From NCBI GenBank assembly GCA_965242895.1, contig OZ251507.1:626276-690275 (forward strand): 64,000 nucleotides of DNA. Reading direction: 5' to 3'. The notes beneath the pieces were generated by a model, which did no database searches, was not told where the DNA came from, and saw only the letters and a list, made by a program, of their open reading frames with translations. The stretch comes from Acidimicrobiales bacterium (lineage in GTDB: Bacteria; Actinomycetota; Acidimicrobiia; Acidimicrobiales; CATQHL01). A program made the translations under genes and the position numbers. This document shows positions 27,507 to 37,517 of this stretch, piece after piece (positions within the stretch are counted from its first letter, which is position 1; the number at the start of each line of letters is the position of its first letter).

Positions 27507-28982
27507 TCAACCCGCTGTACTGGGAATACTTGGGGTGACGGAACTCCCGTCGGCGGTCGAGGGCGCCTCCTTTCCGAGTTCCCCGCGGCTGGCAGCCGTG
27601 CCGACAGGGAAGAAGATCGCCATCAACAGAGCGGAAACGAAATAGGTGGAAATTATCCAGATCCAGGCGCCCCTGTAGTCACCCAAGGCGTCCCCTTTGC
27701 TGCCTTCCCCCAGCATCGCCACCACCACGGCCACCCCCACAGAATAGAAGAGCTGCTGGACAGTCCGAGCGGTGGCGTTCCCCATGCTGAACTGATCCGG
27801 CCTTACTTCGGAGAGGGCTCCGCTGGTCAGACAGGAAATCGACAGACCTGCACCGAGCCCCAGCAGGATGGCCGAAGGGAAAAAGTCGGAGAAATAGTCG
27901 GGGGTCTCGTCTATGCGCCAGAACATAACTCCGAACGACAGACAGCACAAGGCCCCTCCAGAGAACGTCAGCCAACGATGGCCGATCCGGTCAGCGGCTG
28001 CGCCGGCGAGGGTCGAACTCGCCACGGACATGACCGGAGAGGCCATCAAGCCCAGTCCGGTCTTCCACACGGGCCAATCCCAGAGGCGCTGAAGCAGCAG
28101 GGTGTTCACCAGGAATCCCGCCAGGAACGCCATGCCGAAGAACATCGTGCTGACCGTGGAGACCGAGAAGGATCGGATTCGAAACAGCGAGAGATCCAGC
28201 AACGGCTGGGGGTGCCGCATCGATCTCACCACCAGGATGGGCAGCATCAGCAGCCCGGACGAGAGCATGAGCAAGGTTCGGACGTCTGCGTAACCCCACT
28301 GTTCTCCCTGCACCAGAGCCACTAGCAGCAGAGCTACGCCGGCGACGCCCACCGGCACGGAGAGCATGTCTAAGCGTCCGGAGGTCTCCTTGGAACGTGA
28401 TTCGGTGATCAGCCGTCGACCCACTAGCACGATAGCCACCCCCACAGGTATGTTCACCCAGAAGATCCCTCTCCAACCCAGCAGCTCGATCAGCAACGCG
28501 CCGACGGGAGGACCGATGACCGCCCCCAGCCCGGCGGTAGCCGCCCAGATGCCGATGGGGGTCGAGCGGCGTCCGTAGGGGAACTCCGGCAGCACCAAAG
28601 CCAGGGACGAGGGGAAGATCGCCGCTCCGCCCACGCCCTGCATGACTCTGAAGGCGATGAGCCACCCAGCGTTGGGGGAGATTCCGCAGAGCAGCGAGCC
28701 GACCGTGAAGAGCCCCACCGACATCAGGAACACCTTTCGCCTGCCCAGCCTGTCGGCCATTCGTCCGGCGATGAGCAAGAGAGACGCCACAGACAAGCTG
28801 TAGCCGGTGATTATCCAGGAGAGCACTCCGTCGGAGGCGTCGAGGTCTTCGCCGATGACAGGGAAAGCCACGTTGACTATGGAGGCGTCGATGACCACCA
28901 GCAGGACGCTGGGAAGGATGGCCGTTAGGACAACCCAAGCCCTGCGCGGTATCCGGTTGGAATCGATATGGGTGGACTGCAA
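27507..28982 (-). CDS. MFS transporter, DHA2 (EmrB/QacA-like, 14-TMS) family
   Basis: ...VNVAFPVIGEDLDAS...WIITGYSLSVASLLLIAGRMADRLGRRKVFL..., with about 14 hydrophobic segments. The last ~12 codons lie in a duplicated copy of the aceE 3' end. Confidence 0.85.
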   Translation of the reverse strand: MQSTHIDSNRIPRRAWVVLTAILPSVLLVVIDASIVNVAFPVIGEDLDASDGVLSWIITGYSLSVASLLLIAGRMADRLGRRKVFLMSVGLFTVGSLLCGISPNAGWLIAFRVMQGVGGAAIFPSSLALVLPEFPYGRRSTPIGIWAATAGLGAVIGPPVGALLIELLGWRGIFWVNIPVGVAIVLVGRRLITESRSKETSGRLDMLSVPVGVAGVALLLVALVQGEQWGYADVRTLLMLSSGLLMLPILVVRSMRHPQPLLDLSLFRIRSFSVSTVSTMFFGMAFLAGFLVNTLLLQRLWDWPVWKTGLGLMASPVMSVASSTLAGAAADRIGHRWLTFSGGALCCLSFGVMFWRIDETPDYFSDFFPSAILLGLGAGLSISCLTSGALSEVRPDQFSMGNATARTVQQLFYSVGVAVVVAMLGEGSKGDALGDYRGAWIWIISTYFVSALLMAIFFPVGTAASRGELGKEAPSTADGSSVTPSIPSTAG

Positions 28983-29046
28983 AAGAGAAGGGGGCTGCGA
29001 CTAGGCGGGAGCGGCAGAATCCGCCGAGCTTATATATGCTGAGATC

Positions 29047-29631
29047 ATGACTATTCGCGGCACGCTAGCGGTAACCGGCGACGACGCAGCAGACGCCCTG
29101 GTAAACGAGGATCCCTTGGCTCTGCTTCTGGGGATGCTCCTCGACCAGCAGATACCCATGGAGTGGGCGTTCAAATCGCCGATGAGGCTGGCAGATCGCC
29201 TAGATGAAGGGTTCACTGCGGCTGAGATCGCTTCTATGGACACGGCCGAGTTGGAAAACGTCTTTTCCGCCAAGCCTGCGCTTCACCGCTTCCCTGCTGC
29301 GATGGCGCGACGCTCCCAGGACCTCTGTGCACACATCGTCGAGCGCTACGGCGGTAGACCTGAACGCATCTGGGAAGAAGCCGAAAGCGGAGGGGATCTC
29401 TTCGAGCGAGTGCGGGAGTTGCCGGGCTACGGAGAGGAGAAGACGATGATTTTTGTGGCGCTTCTAGCGAAGCGTTTCGGCGTCGCTCCCTCAGGCTGGC
29501 AACGCCACGCCGGCGCTTTCGCTGACGGGCAGCCGAGGTCGGTCGCCGACATCGACGGCCCTGAGGCGTTGGGACGCGTACGCGCCTGGAAGAAGGCGCA
29601 GAAGGCCGCTGGGCTCTCCAAGCGGGACTAG
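29047..29631 (+). CDS. HhH-GPD-type base-excision DNA repair family protein
   Basis: LAVTGDDAADALVNEDPLALLLGMLLDQQIPMEWAF..PMRLADRL...ELPGYGEEKTMIFVALLAKRFGV matches the conserved actinobacterial HhH-GPD-type family, as far as I recall it. Confidence 0.7.
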   Translation: MTIRGTLAVTGDDAADALVNEDPLALLLGMLLDQQIPMEWAFKSPMRLADRLDEGFTAAEIASMDTAELENVFSAKPALHRFPAAMARRSQDLCAHIVERYGGRPERIWEEAESGGDLFERVRELPGYGEEKTMIFVALLAKRFGVAPSGWQRHAGAFADGQPRSVADIDGPEALGRVRAWKKAQKAAGLSKRD

Positions 29632-29712
29632 GTCTCGAGAGGTGTGCGGCGGGCACAGCGGGGGCGGCGACAGCTAAGACAGTTAGGGGGCAAGGGTGGG
29701 AGATGGTGAAGC

Positions 29713-32700
29713 CTAGGAATTTAGATAGTAGCCCGAACCAAAAATGATTCCGTCGTAGAGCACCACGTAAGAACGCTTCTGCCCTACTCTGCCCGTCTCA
29801 GGATTGATGAACCAGTACTCCTCCGTCCAGGCTCCCTCAGGAATGGCGCTTGCGATGATGTTGCGGGTAAAGAAGTTCCCACCGCCGTCCTGGAGATCGT
29901 AGGTATTCTCTCCGACTATGGACGGGTCGGCGGCGTTCGCTAGTGAGACGCCCTCGGTGTCCAGCACGAACACGTAGCGCTCGCCGTCTATGTAGCCCCC
30001 ATCGGGGTCGGAGAACTCTTCGAAGGCCTGCTCGCCTATTTCCTTGTAGCGATCGATGGCACGCTCGAGGTACCGCTCGACCACCTCCTCCTTCGAAAAG
30101 TAGTAGCCCGAACCGAAAATCAAACCGTCGTGGAGTACGACCCAAGTCCGCCTCAGTTCGTCCCTCAAATTCAAGGGATTGGTAGCCATGTACTCCACCC
30201 AGGCGCCTTCGGCTGAGGCTGCCTGCGAGACTTTCTGGTGCACTAGAACTCCCTCGCTGTCGGTGAGTCTCGACACGCTGCGGCCTACCAGGGAAGGATC
30301 GCCGGCGTGCGCCAGCACCTCCCCTTCGGGCGTCGTCGCGCTCACATAGAACTCGCCGTTTCTGAACTTCCCGGAGGCATCGGAAATCTGAGTGAAGGCT
30401 TCTTCTCCAAGTTCGTCGTAGAGGGCGATGGCGTCGGCCACCTGCCGGCGCGCCCAGGAATCTTCAGTGATGTAGTAGCCCGAACCGAACACGTAGCCGT
30501 CGTAGAGCACAGCCCACGACCGCTTCGGCTCTTCGACTCCGCTCGCTGGATTGGGAAAGCGGTATTCCAACCAGCTTCCCTCGGGTGTGGCGCTGTCCAG
30601 GATGCCCCGGACGACGTAGCGGTTGTCGCTGTCCTGCAGATCGAAGAGGTTCCGACCCACCAGGGAGGGGTTTCCGGCGTGCGCCGCGCCAACGCCAGAC
30701 ATGTTCAGCACGTACACGTAGTACTCGCCGTCTAGGTAACCTCCGCCGGGACGAGATATCTCCCTGAAGGCGGCGAAGCCCACCTCTTTGTATCGCGAGA
30801 TGGCGTCGGCTGCCAACGTTTGCGCCAGTTCTTCTTCGGTGAGGTAGTAGCTCGCGCCGACCACGTAGTCTCCGACTGTCACGACCCAGGAGCGCTTCAG
30901 TTCTCCTGGGTCGTCTCCTGTTTCGGACGATGCTGCGTCTCTGGGACTGACGACCCAACTGCCAGCAGAAGAGGCTGCTCCCAGGATCTTCGAAACGAAC
31001 GGATCCTCACTCCCTCCCACGCCGTTCGCAGCATTTCCAACCACCAGGGATGGATCGGCAGAATTCGCCAGGAAGATCCCCTCTGAGCTCAGAGCGAACA
31101 TTTCGATGCCTTCGATTCCGAGGTCGCTGTCGGGATCGGATATCTCAACAAGGGCAAGTCTGCCGATCTCTCCGACACTTCTCACCACGCGGGCCACCTG
31201 GGACTTCGCCAGTTCGTCTTGGGAGGAGTAATAGCCCGCCCCGAAGATGAGGTCACCCACCAGCCTGACCCAGGAACGCTTCAGTTCCTCCTCCCCGCTC
31301 ACCGGATTCACGTGCCTGAACTCAGTCCACGCCCCCGACGGAGTGGCTGTCCTCGTGATTTGCCTGAGAATGTAGGTTCCTTGGCTGTCCCGCAGGCCAT
31401 AGAGATCCTGACCCACCTGCGAACGGTCGGCGGCGTCTGCTCTCACGCTGCCGTCGGTACCTACCACGTAGACGTAATGTTCTCCGTCCTTGAAGTTGCC
31501 TGCGGGATTGGAAATCCGGGCGAACGCCTGCTCTCCCTCCGACTCGTAGAGGTCTACTGCGTCGACCACCAACTGCTTAACCCGTTCCTCCTCGCTGAAG
31601 TAGTAGCCAGCCCCTAACACGACGCCGCTGCTCACCTCTACCACCCATGAACGCTTGAACTCTTCCACACCAGTCACGGGATTCAAACGACGATAAACCA
31701 CCCACGCACCCTCAGGAGTAGCCGCATCGATAATCCTCGGAATAAACAACTCACCCCTACTATCCCTCGCGCCCGAACGATCCGAACCCACCAACGACGG
31801 ATTCGCCGCATGCGCCAACGACACCCCCCTAGCACTCAACCCAAACACATACGACTCCCCAACCTTGAAATCGCCGTTCGGATCGGAAATCCGAGCAAAC
31901 GCACCCGCACCCATCTCCTCATACAAAGCCGCTGCCTCAGCCACCAACCACTGAACCCACTCCTCCTCGGTAAAATAATAGCCTGCGCCCAGTACAATGC
32001 CGTCTTCTATCTCTACCACCCACGAACGCTTGAGCTCTTCCACTCCAGTCACGGGATTCAAACGACGATAAACCACCCACGCACCCTCAGAAGTGGCAGC
32101 GTCGACGATCCTCGGAATGAACAACTCACCCCTACTATCCCTCGCGCCCGAACGATCCGAACCCACCAACGACGGATTCGCCGCATGCGCCAACGACACC
32201 CCCCTAGCGCTCAACCCAAACACATACAACTCTCCAACCTTGAAATCGCCGTTCGGATCGGAAATCCGAGCAAACGCATCCTCACCCATCTCCTCATACA
32301 GAGCCGCTGCCTCAGCCACCAACCGCTGAATTCGCTCCTCCTCGTCTGAGTAGAATCCCGCACTAAATATGTATCCTCGGTAAAGCGTAGAGTATGTACG
32401 CTTAGGCTCTTCTACACCAGTTACTGGATTCAGGAACCTGTATTGAGCCCAAAGTGACGGGCTGTTGGACGCCGAAATGATGTTGCGAACCACGTAAGTG
32501 CCTTCGCTGTCCTGCAGGTCGAACTGATCCTGTCCCACCAAGGAGGGGTCGGCTGCGTGAGCCAGAACCCTGCCGCCGGTGCTATAGACAACCACGTACA
32601 ACTCGTCGTCGATGAACTCACCCTCCGGATCGGATATCTGTTCAAACGCCTCTTCGCCAACCTCGTCGTAGAGAGCGATGGCGTTACTCGCCAAGAGCGT

Positions 32701-35700
32701 CACATACTCCTCTTGGCTGATGTAGAAACCTGAGCCAAATACAACGCCGTCGCTAGCCTCAACCACCCACGAACGCTTCAACTCCTCCACACCGCTCACC
32801 GGATTCAAACGACGATAAACCAACCAGGCGCCCTCAGGAGTGGCCGCATCAATGATCCTCGGAATGAACAACTCACCCCGGCTGTCCACCGCATCCGAAC
32901 GATCCGAACCCACCAACGACGGATCCGCCGCATGCGCTAGACTGACGCCGTCAGCCGCAAGCGCGTACACATAATACTCGCCGTCGACGAACTCACCCTC
33001 CGTATCCGAAATCCGAGCGAACGCCCCCTCGCCCACCTCGTCGTAGAGCGCAACGGCGTTGTCCGTCAGTTGCTGAGCTAATTCTTCCTCTGTCAGGTAA
33101 TAGCCGGCTCCTAACACGACGCCTTCGCTCACCTCCACCACCCACGAACGCTTGAGTTCCTCCACGCCGCTCACCGGATTCAAACGACGATAAACCACCC
33201 AGGCGCCCTCAGGAGTAGCAGCGTCGATGATCCTCGGAATGAACAACTCACCCTGACTGTCCCTCGCACCCGAACGATCCGAGCCCACTAACGACGGATC
33301 CGCCGCATGCGCCAACGACACCCCCTCCGCGCTCAACCCAAACACGTAGTATTCCCCGATTTTGAAGTCGCCGTCCGGATCGGAAATCTGAGCAAACGCC
33401 TCCTCGCCTTCCGACTCGTATAACGTAGCGGCAGCGGTCACCAACTGCTTCACCCGATCGATCACTCTCTGCTCAGGAAGGTAATAACCCGAAGCGAATA
33501 CATACCCGTCGTGGAGCACCGAGAGGGAACGTTTGGGTTCTTCCTCTCCGCTCACGGGGTTCGTGAACCTGTACTCGGACCAGCCGCCAGCAGCGGACGC
33601 GCTCGAAAGAATGTCCCGAACCACATAGGTGCCTTCGCTGTTCTGCAAATCGAAAAAATCCTGTCCCACCACCGACGGATCTACCGCATGCGCCAGACTG
33701 ACGCCTGCTGTCGTCAAAACATGCACATAAAACTGGCCGTCTCTGAAATCATTACCTGGAAGCGAAATATACTCGAAAGCATCCTCCTCTCCCCAGATCT
33801 CGTAGAGTTTGATGGCGTCGGTCACAAACAACCTCACCAACTCCTCCTCGGAGAGGTAGTAGCCAGCCCCGAACACGACGCCGTCGCTCGCTTCCACTAC
33901 CCACGAACGCTTCAACTCTTCCAACCCGCTCACCGGATTCAAACGACGATAGACCACCCAGGTTCCGTCAAAAGAATCGCCAATGGCGTCATCGTCGATG
34001 ATGTCGTGCGGAATGGACGGAATGTACAGCCCATCCTGGGTCTCTTCTTCGTCAGCAGCAGCGTCGATAATCTTCTGAATGAACAACTCGCCGCGGCTGT
34101 CCCTGGCCTCCCAACGATTCTGCCCCACCAAGGAGGGATTCGCCGCATGCGCCAACGACACCCCGTTCGGGCTCAGAGCAAACACATAAACTTCGCCGTC
34201 TATGAACCCTCCCTGCGGGTCTGAAATCGCCTCAAACACCCCCTCGCCTTCAGCCTCATAAAACTTCAGGGCGTTATCCACCAATTTCTTCACCAATTGC
34301 TTTGGATTTCTGCTACTTTCGGAGGGGAAACTAGAACTAAACACGTGCCCGTCGTAGAGCACCGACCAGGAGAGCCTTGACTCCTCAATTCCACTCGTCG
34401 GATTGGGTAACTTGTAGTCGTACCAAGCGCCGAAAGGGGTGGCGACAGACATCAGGAGATCAATGACATAGTTTCCTTCGCTGTCCTGCCAATCAAATCG
34501 TATGTTGCTCCCGGCCAACGATGGATCGGCAGGATATGCTCGAACAACTCCCGCTCTCGTGAGTACGAGCGCATTGAAGTCGCCGTATGTGAAATCACTC
34601 TCCGGATCGGAAATCCTGGCAAACGCCTCCTCCCCCAACTCGTCGTAGAGGTCGATGGCGTCGTTTACCATCTGCTGAGCGAATTGTTCTGACGTCGGGT
34701 AATAACCGGCGCCCAACACGACGCCTTCGCTCGCCTCCACCACCCAGGAACGCTTAATTTCCTCTATGCCGCTCACCGGATTCAAACGACGATAAACCAC
34801 CCAAGCGCCCTCAGGGGTAGCAGCGTCGATTATCTTCTGAATGAACAACTCGCCCTCGCTGTCCCTTGCGTCCGAACGATCGGTGCCCACCAACGACGGA
34901 TCCGCCGCGTGCGCCAATGACACCCCGTCTGAACCTAGAGCGAACACATAAATCTCGCCGGCCGCAAAGCCACTTGGGGATTGCGATATCGTCGTAAACG
35001 CCTGATCGCCCTCCGCTTCATACAGAGCCGCCGCCCTCTCCACCATGATTTGCGTCCACTCCGCCTCGGTGATGTAATAGCCGGAGCCGAACACGACGCC
35101 GCCGTGGAGAACTGACCACGACCTTTTCGGCTCTTCTACCTGACTCGCTGGGTTCGTGAAGCGGTACTCCGACCAGCCGCCGCTGGCGGTAGCGCTGTTT
35201 AGAACGCCGCGGACTACATAGACGCCTTGGCTGTCCTGCAGATCAAAAATGTCCTGACCTAGGAGATCTGGGTTTGAGTGTGCATAGGTCGTGCCGCTGG
35301 TGCTTAAGACGAACACGTAGAACTCGCCGTCGATGAAGCCGCCGCCCGGGTCGGAGATGAGATCGAAAGCATCCTCTCCCATTTGGTCGTAGAGAGCGAT
35401 AGCGTCGGCCACCATCTGCTTGACTCTCTCGGGCTTGGAGGAGGGTTCTGGCCTTTCAGTCGCTCCTGGCTCTGTGGGCGAGGTGGGAGAAGTGGGCGAG
35501 GTAGGCGAGGTAGGCGCAGTAGGCGAGGTAGGAGAATCGGGAGGATCACCCTCAGGGGGCGACGGCTGAGCAGGGCCGTCTTCCCCTGCGGGACCGGTGG
35601 TCGTAGAAGTCGCAGTGACGCCTGTGCCGGGGGGGTCGGTAGGCCTCTCTCCGGAAATGCTAGGTAATCTCGTCTCTTCGGTTGTCGGGGAAGTGTCGCC

Positions 35701-35946
35701 CAATTCTTCCTCTTCGGCAGCGCCTCCGCAAGCAGACGCCGTCAACGCAAGGGACACAGCCAGAGCCAAAATGAGGCGTGCGCGGCGGGGTCGGAAGTGG
35801 ATGGACTTGACACCGGCTGACCGAGCGCGGGCGGACCGTGTGGGGGCGAGCCGAGCACCGGCGAACCGAGCGCGGACGAGCCGAGCACCGGCGAACCGAG
35901 CCCAAGTCGACTTGAATACGGCCAAACGAGTTGGTCGCTGATTCAT
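29713..35946 (-). CDS. giant lipoprotein of 15 tandem single-Cache (sCache_2-like) domains
   Basis: The ATG at 35946 has an AAGGAG RBS 12 nt upstream. The N-terminus has an Arg-rich RR region and the lipobox LALTASAC, followed by a PTSPTSPTSP linker. Fifteen ~125-aa units then follow the pattern A..LY.E.GE.AF..ISDP.G.F.DGE.YVF.L...G..LAHA..PSLVG......DS.G......I..A...G.W..YR..NP.SG.EE.KRSW.V...G.V.G.GYY. Confidence 0.85.
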   Translation of the reverse strand: MNQRPTRLAVFKSTWARFAGARLVRARFAGARLAPTRSARARSAGVKSIHFRPRRARLILALAVSLALTASACGGAAEEEELGDTSPTTEETRLPSISGERPTDPPGTGVTATSTTTGPAGEDGPAQPSPPEGDPPDSPTSPTAPTSPTSPTSPTSPTEPGATERPEPSSKPERVKQMVADAIALYDQMGEDAFDLISDPGGGFIDGEFYVFVLSTSGTTYAHSNPDLLGQDIFDLQDSQGVYVVRGVLNSATASGGWSEYRFTNPASQVEEPKRSWSVLHGGVVFGSGYYITEAEWTQIMVERAAALYEAEGDQAFTTISQSPSGFAAGEIYVFALGSDGVSLAHAADPSLVGTDRSDARDSEGELFIQKIIDAATPEGAWVVYRRLNPVSGIEEIKRSWVVEASEGVVLGAGYYPTSEQFAQQMVNDAIDLYDELGEEAFARISDPESDFTYGDFNALVLTRAGVVRAYPADPSLAGSNIRFDWQDSEGNYVIDLLMSVATPFGAWYDYKLPNPTSGIEESRLSWSVLYDGHVFSSSFPSESSRNPKQLVKKLVDNALKFYEAEGEGVFEAISDPQGGFIDGEVYVFALSPNGVSLAHAANPSLVGQNRWEARDSRGELFIQKIIDAAADEEETQDGLYIPSIPHDIIDDDAIGDSFDGTWVVYRRLNPVSGLEELKRSWVVEASDGVVFGAGYYLSEEELVRLFVTDAIKLYEIWGEEDAFEYISLPGNDFRDGQFYVHVLTTAGVSLAHAVDPSVVGQDFFDLQNSEGTYVVRDILSSASAAGGWSEYRFTNPVSGEEEPKRSLSVLHDGYVFASGYYLPEQRVIDRVKQLVTAAATLYESEGEEAFAQISDPDGDFKIGEYYVFGLSAEGVSLAHAADPSLVGSDRSGARDSQGELFIPRIIDAATPEGAWVVYRRLNPVSGVEELKRSWVVEVSEGVVLGAGYYLTEEELAQQLTDNAVALYDEVGEGAFARISDTEGEFVDGEYYVYALAADGVSLAHAADPSLVGSDRSDAVDSRGELFIPRIIDAATPEGAWLVYRRLNPVSGVEELKRSWVVEASDGVVFGSGFYISQEEYVTLLASNAIALYDEVGEEAFEQISDPEGEFIDDELYVVVYSTGGRVLAHAADPSLVGQDQFDLQDSEGTYVVRNIISASNSPSLWAQYRFLNPVTGVEEPKRTYSTLYRGYIFSAGFYSDEEERIQRLVAEAAALYEEMGEDAFARISDPNGDFKVGELYVFGLSARGVSLAHAANPSLVGSDRSGARDSRGELFIPRIVDAATSEGAWVVYRRLNPVTGVEELKRSWVVEIEDGIVLGAGYYFTEEEWVQWLVAEAAALYEEMGAGAFARISDPNGDFKVGESYVFGLSARGVSLAHAANPSLVGSDRSGARDSRGELFIPRIIDAATPEGAWVVYRRLNPVTGVEEFKRSWVVEVSSGVVLGAGYYFSEEERVKQLVVDAVDLYESEGEQAFARISNPAGNFKDGEHYVYVVGTDGSVRADAADRSQVGQDLYGLRDSQGTYILRQITRTATPSGAWTEFRHVNPVSGEEELKRSWVRLVGDLIFGAGYYSSQDELAKSQVARVVRSVGEIGRLALVEISDPDSDLGIEGIEMFALSSEGIFLANSADPSLVVGNAANGVGGSEDPFVSKILGAASSAGSWVVSPRDAASSETGDDPGELKRSWVVTVGDYVVGASYYLTEEELAQTLAADAISRYKEVGFAAFREISRPGGGYLDGEYYVYVLNMSGVGAAHAGNPSLVGRNLFDLQDSDNRYVVRGILDSATPEGSWLEYRFPNPASGVEEPKRSWAVLYDGYVFGSGYYITEDSWARRQVADAIALYDELGEEAFTQISDASGKFRNGEFYVSATTPEGEVLAHAGDPSLVGRSVSRLTDSEGVLVHQKVSQAASAEGAWVEYMATNPLNLRDELRRTWVVLHDGLIFGSGYYFSKEEVVERYLERAIDRYKEIGEQAFEEFSDPDGGYIDGERYVFVLDTEGVSLANAADPSIVGENTYDLQDGGGNFFTRNIIASAIPEGAWTEEYWFINPETGRVGQKRSYVVLYDGIIFGSGYYLNS

Positions 35947-36242
35947 TGTTCGGACATCTCCTTGATGATTGCTTGATTGCGTCGTTGATAGCGGCGTCTG
36001 AGACGGGCCGGCACCTAACAGCACCAGCACTTAGCAGTAGCAGACGGGGGACTCTTGCTGGCATCGTGTCGAAACGGCGCAATGCCTGCACTTAGTCTAT
36101 GTAACTTCAGGTAACTTGAGTTTACTGACTTCTAAATGGGCGAGCATCTCCACGGAATCCAACTCTTGAACGGAGAGTTCTCGCCCGCTCCCCCTCCCCG
36201 GCCTCCGGGCTTGCTTCTCCAGAGGCTCAGCCTAGATGCTTG

Positions 36243-37055
36243 CTAGGGCGGCGTCTCCTCCCGTCGACGCGGACTATGCCCCGTCAGAACGGCGTCGTGG
36301 CCGCGGCGATCCAGCCAGCCAAGCACCAGAGAAATGCAGCGCGGGTCATAGCGCAGTCGGTGGCTTCCGGCATTTAGCACTCGGAGGTCTGCCGCTCCGT
36401 GGGCGTCGGCTATGACACGGGCGTCGATGGGGGGCACTAGTTCGTCGTCGGCTCCGTGAACTACTAGAAGCGGACGCGGCGCCAGTCGGCTGGCAGCAGC
36501 GGCGGCGGAGATTCCTCCTAGACCGCCCGCCCACTCGTCGAAGTCCGCTGGGAAGTCGTCGTCGCTGATCACTCCGACTTCTCGAGAATGCACAAGAAGA
36601 CCTTCGGCGTTGGTTTCCCAGTCGACGAAATCCGCTCGAGCAGCAACCGACACCGCTCCTCCGACCTGCGGCAGGTCAGCCGCTGCAGCGAGACCGAGAG
36701 AGGCCCCTGTCCCGAAGCCCGCCACCCAGACGCCCGTGACGGGAGTGGCGGTGCACACGAACTCGACCGCTGCGCGGATGTCATCCAGCCAGCCAGGAAG
36801 CGAGAAGTTGCCTTCGGAACGCCCACAGCCTCGGTAATTGGGCACGAACGCCGTCCAGCCCATGTCTTCGACGAAACGGTCGGCGAGAACGTGATACGAA
36901 GTGCCGGCTTTCTTAGCGCCGCCGGACGCAGCCGGGAAGCCATGACAGAGGATCACAGCGTTCCGAGGCGTCCGACGCGGGGCGCCGTCGGCTCGGAGAG
37001 GCTGCGCCAAGTAGCCCGACAACTTCAGCGAACCAGAAGTGAAATGCGCTTCCAT
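36243..37055 (-). CDS. alpha/beta hydrolase family protein
   Basis: ...AVILCHGFPAASGG...FVPNYRGCGRSEG...VWVAGFGTGASLGL...LLVVHGADDELVP... shows a hydrolase-fold pattern. The nucleophile elbow is atypical (GFGTG). Confidence 0.6.
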   Translation of the reverse strand: MEAHFTSGSLKLSGYLAQPLRADGAPRRTPRNAVILCHGFPAASGGAKKAGTSYHVLADRFVEDMGWTAFVPNYRGCGRSEGNFSLPGWLDDIRAAVEFVCTATPVTGVWVAGFGTGASLGLAAAADLPQVGGAVSVAARADFVDWETNAEGLLVHSREVGVISDDDFPADFDEWAGGLGGISAAAAASRLAPRPLLVVHGADDELVPPIDARVIADAHGAADLRVLNAGSHRLRYDPRCISLVLGWLDRRGHDAVLTGHSPRRREETPP

Positions 37056-37085
37056 TCGATCTGGCTGACCGACCTGAGCTCAGAC

Positions 37086-37517
37086 CTAGCGAACTGGATT
37101 ATTGGGCGCAGACCGACCTGCGTCCTTGCCCGAAGACCGGTTTGCGTCCCCGACAGAAGACCGACCTGCGTCCTTGAGATTAGACCGACCTGCGTCCTTG
37201 CCCGCCGAGCAGTCTGCGATCTTGCTCGAACGAGTGCGCCTGCCCAGTCGTGCGATGCGTCTTGACGCTTCACGGAAGGCGCGTCGGCGGTAGAGGCGGT
37301 AGCCGCGGTTGCGAGCCTCGGCGAGCATGTCGGGAGCGAAACATATGTAGAGCTCCGAAGCCAGCACCTCATCAATAAGTGAGCGGGGCGTCGAACCCTC
37401 TTCTGAGTTCACGTCGCCTTCCGAACTCACGTCGTCGAGATCGTAGACGACGCCCGAACGCTTGTCTCCAAGATAGCGATGACCAGCAACCTGCCGCGGT
37501 CTATACACGTTCAGCAT
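37086..37517 (-). CDS. hypothetical protein with C-terminal 8-aa repeats
   Basis: ORF only. The C-terminal GKDAGRS-type repeats are encoded by the 24-bp tandem repeat at 37110-37205. I recognised no motif. Confidence 0.3.
   Translation of the reverse strand: MLNVYRPRQVAGHRYLGDKRSGVVYDLDDVSSEGDVNSEEGSTPRSLIDEVLASELYICFAPDMLAEARNRGYRLYRRRAFREASRRIARLGRRTRSSKIADCSAGKDAGRSNLKDAGRSSVGDANRSSGKDAGRSAPNNPVR
37110..37205. repeat. 4 x 24-bp tandem repeat (AGACCGACCTGCGTCCTTG core)
   Basis: Units start at 37110, 37134, 37158 and 37182 and are contiguous, with no spacers. Confidence 0.85.

Noticed and set aside
27390-28938. 311-aa plus-strand and 315-aa minus-strand ORFs overlapping the MFS transporter gene
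   Set aside because: The 491-aa frame gives a coherent 14-TMS DHA2 transporter. The alternative frames are Arg/His/Gly-rich shadows of it.
37110-37205. Possible CRISPR array
   Set aside because: The 24-bp units are directly contiguous with no spacers. There are only four copies, and no cas genes or leader are present.
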